A stretch of 64,000 nt of DNA from Schizosaccharomyces osmophilus (taxonomy: Eukaryota). The first letter of the stretch is position 1. Each line of letters begins with the position of its first letter. The stretch spans positions 2,790,001 through 2,854,000 of the forward strand of contig NC_079239.1 of NCBI RefSeq assembly GCF_027921745.1. The letters run 5' to 3'. Shown in pieces: positions 21,433 through 32,533 of the stretch. Made by a program: the position numbers and the translations under genes. Under the pieces are notes generated by a model, which made no database searches, had not been told where the DNA came from, and saw nothing but the letters and a program-made list of their open reading frames with translations.

Positions 21433-23122
21433 TTACTCTTTGATGAGCATTTCGTTTCTACCAGGGCCAACGCCAATAAAACCGACAGGAACACCGACGA
21501 AATCTTCTATGAATTGGATGTATTTCTTTGCGTTTTCGGGCATTTGTTCCCAGCGGGTAATACCGACAGTAGAGGTTTGCCAACCAGGCAAAGTCTCATA
21601 AATAATCTCGGCATTCTCAAGAGAACCCAAGTCAGCAGGGAATGTTTCATAACGCTTTCCGTCGATTACATAAGCAACAGCAACCTTAACTTCAGGTAAA
21701 GCATCCAAGATGTCAAGCTTCGTCAAGTTCAAAGAGGTGTAGCCGTTAATCATGGATGAGTACTTCACAACTACCAAATCGAGCCAACCGCAACGACGCT
21801 TACGACCAGTGGTAACACCATATTCACGGCCAACCGTTTGCAAATGTTCTCCAACCTTGTTAAGCTGTTCAGTGGGGAAAGGACCAGCACCAACACGAGT
21901 AGTGTAGGCTTTTGTTACACCGATGGAGCTAGCGATGCGTTGGGGTGGGACACCAAGACCAGTGCAGACACCGCCAATGGTGGTGTTAGAGCTAGTTACA
22001 AAAGGATAAGTACCGAAATCCAAGTCAAGCATCAGGGCGTTAGCACCTTCAACCAAGATTCGCTTCTTTTGCTTCAAGGCGTTGTGCATAAAGACAACAG
22101 AGTCAACCACATAAGGCTTAAGCTTTTCAGCCAAATCCTTATATCTGGCTAATTCCGCTTCAACATCATACTCGAATGCTCCATAACGTTTCTGTAAATC
22201 AGAGACATTTTTGCGATAACGAGCCTCAAACTCGTCCCAATGATACAAGTGATGAACACGGATACCGCTACGAGTAGCCTTTGTAGAGTAAGAAGGACCG
22301 ATACCCTTTCCGGTGGTACCGATACTTTGCTTGCCCAACTCGGCTTCATTCAAAACATCTGCACGCTGATGAAAGTCAAAAACGAGTTGAGCGCGATCGG
22401 AAATGAAAATACGATTCGTGCAATCAAGACCCTTGTTTATCAAACCGTTCAATTCACTAAAAAAGGCAGGCAGGTACACGACGACACCAGTACCAATTAA
22501 ATTTACACATTTGGGGTTTACGAGTCCGGAAGGGAGGATATGGAAGTCGTAGGTTTTGTCGTTGACTTTGATGGTATGACCGGCATTGTTACCACCCTGG
22601 AAACAGAGTTAGCTTGGAACGAAGGCCTTACGAGACTAAAAGTAAGAGATAACCAAATAGAAAAAGGAAAAAGGATGACAAGCTCAATCCATTTAAATGG
22701 ACGAATTAAGTAGGCATGTATTTCATTTCATTTCAAAACAAAGAGTCCCACTTTTTCACGGCAGCTAATTCAGATGAAACTTCAGTTCATCTAGTAAAGC
22801 ATCCATATAGAAAGACACCTCTCGTTTTTCAACCATACAATACAAGACGGCCATCTTTTTAACCGCCAAACACGCCAAACTTGACAAATCTGTTCGGGTT
22901 TCCTTTTTCTTTCGAATCTCCTTTTCCCTCCAAACAACATACCTGGCAGCGAGCACAGACATCTACACTGTCGCAGAGGATATCGACAAGCTTGCCTTTT
23001 CCTTCATCACCCCATTGGCTTCCAAGAACAACAGTAATTCTGTGTAAACAGTACGATCTTATCAAAGCATGCTCTTACCCTTCATCTGAAACATTAACAC
23101 CTTTTTCCGTAACTGAAGCCAT
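21433..23122 (-). CDS. ade2: Adenylosuccinate synthetase, 3 exons (23122-23079, 23039-22943, ~22597-21433)
   Basis: [55 protein letters not shown] and [16 protein letters not shown] motifs with canonical introns. ade2 is the fission-yeast name (ADE12/purA elsewhere). Confidence 0.96.
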
Positions 23123-23987
23123 TTTTTCTATGCAAGTAAAAGTCTACTGAGTAATGCGACCGTTTCGTAGTAGGAAAACGGTGACTTCTTATTAGGAGGT
23201 ACGGGCATTATATATCCGCCAATTTACGTGGTACATAGCTGAGGGGCTAACCATGGAAAGTGAAAAATTACTGATAACATCAGACGGAAAGAGAGATTGA
23301 TAAGGAGATAACAGATTATTTACTTTTTTTTCTTTTTTTTTTCTTTTTGTTTGTTTGCTTGTTTACTTTAGTTTATGTTTACAATTGTAAAGAAATTGTC
23401 ATGAAAGAAGAAATGGGCTGCAAAGTCATAGGCGATGCAGCGAATACTCAAATATTTGTTGTTTATGAAGAAAAAAGATTAACGCGGGAGGTGTTTAAGC
23501 CTGTCTCTTTTTCTTGAGGGTAGAGTAGTAGAAACCAGCTAAAGGAATACTTGATTTAATGAATTCCTATTCACGTACTATTTTAAAGAAATTAATAGGA
23601 ATTTTCATTGGATTCCATAGTTTTCTTCATTCCAGAATAGCTGCTACGGTAGTTTAATGTGCTGGCATTGTCCATGTAAAACAGGTGTGCTTTTCGTGTG
23701 TAAAGGAATGACACAGACTATTCCTTTTCGTTTCCACTCTCACTTGGTTGCAGAATTCTAAGGAATTTTATATTGTATGTGTACCACAAACCCAAAATCA
23801 GATGGATTGAGCGGAACAAAAATAAATTCTGTTCTTAACACGAATTATGATAATTAATCGGAAACCCATCAAAGAAAACAAACGTTATATACATAAACTG
23901 GAATCACACAAAAGATACCCAACAATTTTTGCTTATTGGAAGAAACCAGTCTCGTAATTCCTCTTTTATCTTGAAGCACGATTTCTA

Positions 23988-24798
23988 TTACCTGCGTATA
24001 GAAGGGTCCACATATTGTACCAGCTTATCAAGTGCTTTTTCTTTTTCATTGTGAGCTTGTTCCGACTTCAAGTTGACATTTTCTAAATGCTTCATCAACA
24101 TCAACCGTTCCTCCTTCACCCACTGGAGTTTTAGTTTTTGTAAGTGATACATATCATGAGGGCTCTTTGGCATAGCTGCAGCATCCAGCCAGTTTTCCAT
24201 GTTTTCATTTGGAACTCCTGTACCTTGTTGCTGCTGCTGTTGTGCTCTAGCCTCTCTTGCACTTTGTACCATGGCATTGGCGACATTTTGAGGATGCATG
24301 GGGTGCGCTTTTGGAATGGGATCAGATGGCCGAAGTGTATCAGCCTCATGCACAGTTCGCATATGCTTTGCTAAAGCATCTGATCGCGTAAATGAACGAT
24401 CACATTCGGGAATAGAGCAAATAAATGGCTTTTCTCCTGTATGTGATCGCAAGTGAGCTATCAAGGCAAACCTGGAAGTCTGCACTAGTCCTTTTCTAGG
24501 ACAGTCATCCCATTCACACGTATACTTTGGTCGACGATTCCCAATATGACCTAGTTTAGCCAACAGTTAGCGTATTATTGTTGTAGCATTTCACGAGACA
24601 AAAATCCCGTGCACGAGTTTTGGTTTTCATTCCAAGCAACTCCCAAATCTACTTACCATTGTGGATATGGTGGACTAAATTGTCAAGCGTAAATAAGTCT
24701 TGATTGCATCCTTGCCAACGACAAATCGTTTCTGGCTCGGGCTCTAGTTCGATCGGTGAACCCGGTACTGATCCTGAAGTATCAGAAGAAACAGACAT
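23988..24798 (-). CDS. iec1: Ino80 complex GLI/YY1-type C2H2 zinc-finger subunit, exons 24798-24657 and 24550-23988
   Basis: Three C2H2 fingers ([44 protein letters not shown]) joined across a GTAAGT..CTAAC..TAG intron. Confidence 0.9.
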
Positions 24799-25635
24799 AA
24801 ATATATAAAAACACCAAGGAAGAAGGATCCCGGGTTTTCTTTTTTTTTTAACCTTTCTTGTCTATGGGTAAGCAGATGGAAAGTCCAAATAACGATTTCG
24901 TTATAATGCCTTAGCCGTTTTTGGTGGTGAAGAATTGGATGGACGTACTGGTTGTGCTTGTTATTCAGTCAACTTGCAGTCGACTTCATGAACAACTTAA
25001 AAACAAAAACATCTATTTATTACTAAAAGTTAAAACTAGAATGCCTTTTTTTTTTTTTTTTTTTTTGAAAGCGAAACTAGCATCTGTTCCTCTATGCTCA
25101 TAACGTTTCCTTTCGTTATTACTATAAGGAGACACAAAATACGTTCGCTAATTGCTATGTATTAAGGGCTTCAACAACATTTTCATGAATTGTGATGCTC
25201 GAGAAGGGAATCTTGACTTCACATTAGTTTACATATTAATTTTTGAATGGATGAATGAATGAATAAAGTTGTTAGTTAGGTAAACGATGGACATCATGCT
25301 AGAGTATGGTTCTCTAGTAACATCTCTAAGTAAGTACATTGTCTTTGTTGTATGAAAATTCATTTCAGGATTCGTTCAATGGCTTATAATAATTTTTTGA
25401 GCAAACAATAAGAGTACCCGCCTACTTTTAATCAAATCAGTCGTATTGTCCAACTAGGATATTTGTCCACTCGTAACACATTTTCATAATGTTCAACTTA
25501 GCATTTTATGTTTTCTACCTCACAGTGCAAAACAATTATAATTTTCTAGCTTAGTTGTCCATAACTGCCTACTAACAATTGTGCTTCATCCTTGTCTGGA
25601 GTCATAGTCATAGTGCGATAAATATCTATTAGACT

Positions 25636-25759
25636 GTCTACGGCCACACCTAGGTGAAAACACCAGTTCCCGTCCGATCACTGCAGTTAAGTGAAACGTC
25701 TGAGGGTCTCGTTAGTACTATGGTTGGAGACAACATGGGAATCCGGGGTGCTGTAGGCT
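25636..25759 (+). rRNA. 5S rDNA copy A, variant carrying a 5-nt insertion (possible pseudogene)
   Basis: GTCTACGGCCACACCTAGGTGAAAACACCAGTTCCCGTCCGATCACTGCAGTTAAG[TGAAA]CGTCTGAGGG...GCTGTAGGCT followed by a T-run. It is 124 nt versus 119 nt for copy B. Confidence 0.93.
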
Positions 25760-26093
25760 TTTCACTTTTTGGTTTCCTTTTTGACTTGTTTTTTCTGTTG
25801 CTCTTTTTATGGAAGCACATGGCTTTCGTCATGATCGACATAAACGTTTGACTTAGTGATACTAGTAATTGCAAGGAAGCAATGGTCATCCATGATTCGA
25901 TAATTAATTAAATTCTTTATTAGTTAGAAATTAAAAGGTTCTATAAGGATCAGTGATTAGAAGCGCCTGACGAATAAATATAAGAAACAAAATGCAAAGA
26001 TGAAACATAAACATAAACATAAGCAAAAGCATGCTGGAGAAAAAACAACAAGAACGGACATCATAATAAACAACGTTTTACTTTATGTATAAA

Positions 26094-26922
26094 TCAATTC
26101 CCACCGCTTTCAACATCCCTAGACTGACCCGGTTCCTGGCGTAACCCTGGAGATTGCTCAGTATGTTCAGAGGTATGTTCAGAGGACGGTTGTTTACAAG
26201 TATCATCACTACGATCGTTGAACTGGTTTTCAGGCTCTGGTGGCAAGCTGTTTAATGGGATACTATTATCATCCGTCAAGTCGTTTCTATCCGATGACAT
26301 CCTGAAGCCTAGAGCAGAAAAAAGCGCGTAAATCCCAGAAACAAATAGAGGAATCATTATATCCACCAACACTAAAAGTACCCCATTAGTAAACATATCA
26401 AATTAAAATTCCACCATTTCACTTACATGAACAAACATATAGAAACATGTAGAAAGCCACGACGACAAGAACAGCTGCTACAGTAGCTTGAAAGTTTACC
26501 CCTACAGATTCTTTCATCGATTCCTTTATAAAGGGGACAAGGTATTTGTAAGAAAACCAAAAGTCCAATACGATTGAACCAATAAAGCACCAACCAAGCC
26601 GAAGAGCTTCATTCTCTTGTCTTCGTTGTGCTTCGGGGATTCTCACAATTTTTGCCGGCCAGAAAATCAACCACAATAATGCCGTCAAGACTTTTCGTAA
26701 AAAAATAAAGAGTCCATTTCCTCCTGTCATGTTGGTAGACGCTTCTTGGTGTCTGCTTTCTGAGTACGGGGGTGCATGACCTTTTTCCAAGTCGTCTAGA
26801 TGAGAATTCAAGATTTCATTGTACCGTGGCAGTTCACCGTCAAACGTTGCAAGAGTGCCCAAGCGAGGAACGTCAGCTGAATCAGCATCTTTTAGCTTTT
26901 TGTATTTGTTTTTTTCAATCAT
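26094..26922 (-). CDS. wag: wtf-associated gene (wag)-type membrane protein, 257 aa, exons 26922-26427 and 26371-26094
   Basis: A GTAAGT..TACTAAT..TTTAG intron fuses the two ORF-track fragments in frame (..YVCS|LLVDIMIPL..). There are 3-4 hydrophobic segments. It lies divergent from a wtf gene inside a 5S-flanked unit, the arrangement described for wag genes; the name is assigned from context. Confidence 0.78.
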
Positions 26923-26958
26923 TTTCTGAAATCCCTTCAAAACCTACTCAAATAGGCA

Positions 26959-26965
26959 GTAAACA
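26959..26965 (+). promoter_or_regulatory. FLEX core (GTAAACA, Mei4 forkhead site) in the wag/wtf divergent promoter; a second reverse core TGTTTAC at 27477-27483
   Basis: Exact GTAAAYA matches. The motif is short, so chance occurrence is possible. Confidence 0.4.
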
Positions 26966-27813
26966 CCCAAATTCATGTCAGAACTTTCAAAACAGTAGCA
27001 CACATCTGATCCGACTAACAATCTTAATAAAATCTACTTTGTAACAACTCCAAACTACATGAATCGAGTCCACAATGGCAATGGCTAGAGTTTTGCAGAG
27101 GTGAAGCTGTCATCCACCCTCTCTGACATACATACCGATAGCTAGTAAGCGTACGCTATTCTATATATATTTACAATGAATGAACTGTCCGAAATCGCTT
27201 TTGTTTGTTTCTATCGTGTAATCTAAATATATTAAATAAAAAGAAAGATGTACTTGTCAGTACAAATGCTGTTCGTGATAGTTGAAACAATGCTTTTACA
27301 AACTTCCGATGAATTTGCTGAAAGTAAGGCTACGAAAATCTAGAGTGTTCAATCCTTTTCCCTGGAGTTCATTAAGCCAAAGTTACTGAATCTTTCAATA
27401 CAAATATGAGCATTTCCAATCCCTTGTTTTTATCATTCAAAGCAAAAAGCATGGTTGTTTTTGCCAAATGTTCCTTTGTTTACTTTTTGTAATAAACGAC
27501 GACTCTTTTGGATTATACTATTACGAAAAATCGCAATGAGGACTGTGACCAGTCAGTGACATAATGTCGCTGCTTTTATGAATGAGACATGCGAAAAGCC
27601 ATTACCAAGATTTTTTCAAACTCGCATCTTTGGTTTTAAGGGAACACTCGTGTTGTAAGATTAGTTTGCGTTTTAAGCAAGGTCCAATTCCTTTTTCTGA
27701 CAGATCTGTGAAGAGCGGAACCAGTTCCTACGGACTTTTCTTGGTGATTCTAGTTGATTTCATTTAGAGTGTAAAAGTCAGTATCATTTTGGGCTCTATT
27801 TGCCATTGTAAAT

Positions 27814-28907
27814 ATGAAAAACAAATATACTCCTATTTCAGATTCTGATGACTCTTCCAAAACGCTCAATGATGAAAAGGCAGATAGTCAGTCGTCTCCT
27901 TCAGATGGTACGCCTCCTCCGTATTCAGGTAAGATTAGTTGAAATAGAAAGGAAAGGTTGATTTTTTGCGTGCTTTTTGAGCGGTTTTTGATGGAAGAAT
28001 CATGCTTGTTTATTTATTTGTTGGGTTTGAGATGAATAACCTTGTCGATAAGTGTCAACAAACAGGGCGAATACCTCTATCCTTTTCACAAACAACGAAA
28101 GAACAGTTACTAATACATCCATTAGCTTCAACCAAATTTATTGATCTCGAAATGGCTCCTGAAACAGAAGAAAGTTCTAAAAAGAAAAGATATCTGACGC
28201 CTCGTGAATTAGCAATTGTTTTTGCTATTTTTATTGTATATAATGTATGCTTGATTATTGCGAGGGTCATTCTTCTTGTTTACGAAATTCCGTTTAATCA
28301 GCTTGCCGTTTGGGTACTTTTTGGCGTTTGGTGCGCTCTATTTCTGTCATTGACAATTGGTAAGAAACTAATTTCAGGATTTTTAATGACTCACTAACTA
28401 TTAGCAATGACTCAAATGCCTAAAGAATGGTTCACGCAGGCCAAAAAAGGGCTCACGCAAGCTGGAAGATTAACCAAAAACGTATTGTCAGCTATGTGTA
28501 TCTCAGTATTATGTGTGTGTTTTCTCGATGTCCTCGGTTTCACTGCGTATTATGCTGCAAAGAAGTTCACAGGATTTGAAAAGATAAACAACAATTTTTT
28601 CTATGCTGTTTGTTTTGTTAACTTTGTCTTGTTTCTTTATTTGACGAGTATGTCATACACCCGCGAAATATTCTAACTCTTCTAGTGAATGCAAATGCGC
28701 GTGAACTATTAAGATTAGTTCTCATCGATCTGAGAAACGGAATAGGAAACGCTGTGGATCGTATTTTAGGTATGTACACTTCGTAAATGCTTGCTATCGT
28801 TAGGGCTTTAATTAACCTATTTTAAAGATACAAATCGAGGAGAGCAAGTACCTCAGAACGAAGAAATCGAACTTCAGCCTCTTGCTGAGCAAAGCGCTGA
28901 AGTTTGA
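27814..28907 (+). CDS. wtf: wtf family meiotic driver (poison/antidote), 5 exons: 27814-27928, 28126-28359, 28405-28647, 28686-28769, 28828-28907; 251-aa long isoform and 204-aa short isoform from ATG 28152
   Basis: Four introns with canonical 5' sites, branch points and AG give a stop-free 756-nt CDS. Exon 1 encodes MKNKYTPISDSDD...GTPPPYS (PY motif), exon 2 has an in-frame Met (DLE-MAPETEE), the middle has several TM segments, exon 4 has GIGNAV, and the C-terminus is EEIELQPLAEQSAEV. The gene is adjacent to 5S rDNA. Confidence 0.92.
28054..28064 (+). promoter_or_regulatory. FLEX-like element in wtf intron 1 (candidate promoter of the short poison transcript)
   Basis: GTCAACAAACA, one mismatch from extended FLEX GTAAACAAACA, about 90 nt upstream of the exon-2 ATG. 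A TTGTTTAT variant also lies near 28006. Confidence 0.55.
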
Positions 28908-29645
28908 GTTTGAGTTATACCGAACCTGCTTTCATTCTTTATATTTCGCATCTTCTTTGGAAGCATTCATGTCAATTGCAGTCCATCAAGTTTCTGCATT
29001 CACATCCACCAAAGTAAGCATTATCTTAATATGATAGCTTTAATTGCTTTTCTTATTCGCTCTTTCATGAATCTGTTGATTCGTTTCACAGCATCGCTGT
29101 TTACGCATTGTTTATCTTCTTCGTGAATAGAACACCCTTTTTAATGATTATTTAATTATTCCGACGAAAACTCCATCGCAATTAATTATTGTTTAGCTCA
29201 ACACCGAGTCGTGTAATTGCATGTCTTATAATTGGCAAGGACGAAAGTGAGTTTCAACAGTAATTATTTTCATTCAGTATAGCAAGCACAAATCTTCAGA
29301 TCGAAAGATTCGACAGGTGTAGTTTAATTAATTAAATTATCGTTTATTTAGAGAGTCAAGTCAACGGACCATGAAAAATGTATAAGTAGAACCCAATTTA
29401 TATTAACATTTTCAACCCATAAACTCATACACTCAATCTGATGCTCCTGCGACCACAGTGTGAATCAATAGAAAAGAGTAAAAACAGTGTGTTTTCAAAT
29501 ATTATCCTTACAGTATGAAAGCATTCTCCATTCAACGTGACAAAACACACAGATAGAACTGAGCCGAATTGGATCTTGTAGTTCATCAAGCCAAATAAAA
29601 GACTGGATTATTATTGTATAGATATCTTTACAGACCATAACAAAC

Positions 29646-29764
29646 GTCTACGGCCATACCTAGGCGAAAACACCAGTTCCCGTCCGATCACTGCAGTTAA
29701 GCGTCTGAGGGTCTCGTTAGTACTATGGTTGGAGACAACATGGGAATCCGGGATGCTGTAGGCT
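29646..29764 (+). rRNA. 5S rRNA gene copy B (full length, 119 nt)
   Basis: GTCTACGGCCATACCTAGGCGAAAACACCAGTTCCCGTCCGATCACTGCAGTTAAGCGTCTGAGGG...GCTGTAGGCT followed by TTTTT (Pol III terminator). Confidence 0.97.
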
Positions 29765-30499
29765 TTTTTCTTGATGGATATTTTTAAAAATTTTATATAC
29801 ATCGACTACTTTCTGAATATACGCTTTGATAGTTGTACCTTCACAGGTAACAAGAAAGGAAAGGGACGGTCTAAATGAAACTGAAAAGGTTTACATGCTC
29901 TAAAACGAGCTTTCAAGATATTATTCAGTTTTTATTATAATAATTTATATATGTAATTACGAATGCACCGATCGTTTTTCATGAATCAGTGTGCTATGTG
30001 CTACGTTGGATTAATCATACCCACTTGCTCTAAATCTAGCATGGCAGGGCATCACACTCGCATTGATATATTTACCATTATCAATTCATGAAAAAACAAT
30101 TTCTTCAAATTCAAGGTCAATTGAATACTAAATTTAGGTAGACGCTAAGAAAAGGCAAGGAAATAAATATTCATTAAGTACATCATACGTAGGAATGGTC
30201 TTTCTTTCCACCTTCCTTTACTTTCGAGAAAACTTCATTTTCTGAAAACGAACGAGTTTACAGGAATTTTTGTAGTTTATAACGCGAAATACTCAATAAT
30301 TAGTTGTTGGGTATCATTCATCTTAAATGTCAAGCTGTAAACGGTTGATGAGTAGCAACTGAAAGCGGTTGACATCGGGACAAAATTAAGTTTTAAATCC
30401 ATTGCTTAGTCATTAAGAAAAATTAGTTGTTAGATATGAGCTATCAATTTCAATATCCTTCTTTCTTGTAAATGATTGTTTCATTCTGCCATAGACGCC

Positions 30500-31869
30500 A
30501 TACATAGCAGGGAATCAAAACTTCTATTCTGTAGCGGATCGTCCAATATACGTATTTCGCTATTCCAAAGGTAACTGAAAAACGGAAAGGCAATATTGAG
30601 ACGGTAGACAATTACGCAGGCACAGAAAAAAAACAAGGTGATCGTAGCAACGCAGTAAAACAGAGAGTTTTGCCAACCTAAAGGAATGTTTCAACTTCAT
30701 GAAGGATGCCTGATACAAATGATAAATCGCTTACATCCAAATCAATATATTGCTAGAGTCATTCAAGAATTCATCGATCAAAGATATCAATGTTTCAACT
30801 ATCCAAAGCTTCCAATGGATAAATCAAAGAACGGCATGGCAGGCAGCAGAAACAAGTAAGATAATTGGACCCCCCCCCCCCCCCAAAAAAAAAAAAAACT
30901 AGATGTCTCTAAATGAGCGCCTCATTACAAACCAAAAAGCTACCTAAAACAGTACCAGACGTTCAGTAAACATACAAATGGGTCCTTGATACTCGAAAAC
31001 TAGCCAAGCGACGTCAAATTGAAACCGTTCGGTAATCGAAGATCTAGTCCACCTAAACAACAGAAGCGTTGAACGCAGAGCTAACAATGAGCAATAGCAG
31101 TCCATATTGTGCTGAGAAAATCGTAGTCCCTTGAGAAACCAACGCGTACATCCAGTAGATAGCAAGCAAAAGGAACACAAAGGTGAATAGTAAGGACCAT
31201 AGTAAGAAGTTCTTTTACGACTAGGGTGGATATTGTTTAAATTGAAGCCTAAATCAATATTTGCATATAAGTCTCGACTTACTGATCCATCCTTAGAGAG
31301 CGGTCTCAAAGCAAAACAAAAGTATCCTGAGTCTTTTCTTCGAACTGAAAAAAATAAATGGAAGGAAAGGTAAAGCTATGAACAGAACTACCATTATAAG
31401 GAAGTGGACCAGTTAAAGTATGTCGTTCATCACGCCGTGGGTATTGGGATATGGAAAAACTGCTGTACTCCTTGCCAAACCGAGAAAACCATTGCTTCGT
31501 CACTTGATTATTATCAAGTACTAATTCCCACTCTCTGGCATGAAAATAAGTGACAGCAACACCTGTATGTGAGCTGTCGAAGCTTTGGAATGCTAAACCA
31601 TTATACTTTGGATTTGTCTCACTGGCATTTACCCATGAACAATCGACTCTGGACTGGAAGTTATGATAATTGATATCGCATTACCAGCAGAAGAAAAAAG
31701 GACTTAAGAGACTAGGTTCCAGCTCAGCTGCAACCAATGTAAAAAATGTTCGCCAAACCAAAAAGAATAAATATCGCTTGCCGAATGGAGATTCCCATTC
31801 TGTTATTAAGATTGGCGAAAGGCAGGCTAGAATTAGCGAGAGTATAAGATGGATTAATCTCGTTTGCAA
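30500..31869 (-). pseudogene. Degenerate multi-pass membrane protein gene, weakly resembling the Lung-7TM/Ptm1 (TMEM87/GPR107) architecture; boundaries approximate
   Basis: A signal-peptide-like start (LIHLILSLILACLSP), a luminal stretch with N-glycosylation sequons (VNAS, YNGS) and TM-like pieces (FLLWSLLFTFVFLLLAIYWMYALV..AQYGLLLLIVSSAF) are broken by stops and frameshifts. Confidence 0.4.
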
Positions 31870-32533
31870 TTAGTCTTAGTTTTCCCACTCAATATGTTTT
31901 AGTTCCTATAGAATCACTTTATCTTTCGCCATTATTTTTGTAGAAAAACTAAAAAAAGGTGTTCTTATACATTGAAGGTAATGATTTGGCAGAAACAAGA
32001 CGTAAATACGTCAAAATCAATAGGTGTTTAAAGATGAAAAGGGTTTTACGACAACAAATAGAGGCGCTCGTCTTTTTCAAATTGCTTTGCAAAAGTCTTA
32101 TTTCATGAATGTGTAGAAAGACATTCGCAGTGTCCATGCGACCATGGAAATTATTGTAAGGAAAGAACATTGCCAAGATATTTGGTCAAACGAATGCAAT
32201 GAGAAAGTAACACGAATTGTGCCATTAGTCGAATCTTTCGGCCTCCAAACAATTCGACTTGGATTCTTAGGCTCACAAATGATTAAAAGTTCATTTTTAT
32301 TGAGCATTTGTTCTTGGACTGCATTTCATATTTTCATCCTTTCGTGATTCTCCTTTTTGTAAACTGTGCTTTTCATTAGTTTTACCTAAAAATTTACAAG
32401 GTGACTTTTTATTTTATGTTTATTAGCTTATGTGGTATACATAATCCTAACGGAACACTAACCAAGGCAGGAGACGAACAATGTACGCAGTTCTCAATTT
32501 TACTCGACGATTGTAACACTCACTCACTTAAGA

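Noticed and set aside
25650..25889. Short ORFs on both strands over 5S copy A (likewise 29611-29802 over copy B)
   Set aside because: Chance frames across rRNA genes.
26161..26184. 12-bp tandem duplication in wag (SEHT x2); also a 17-bp duplication at 50207-50242
   Set aside because: Simple slippage duplications with no array structure. No CRISPR-like repeats were seen anywhere in this eukaryotic window.
28002..28125. ORF-track start of a 131-aa protein
   Set aside because: It lies inside wtf intron 1 (GTAAGA...TACTAAT...TTAG); the real coding sequence resumes at 28126.
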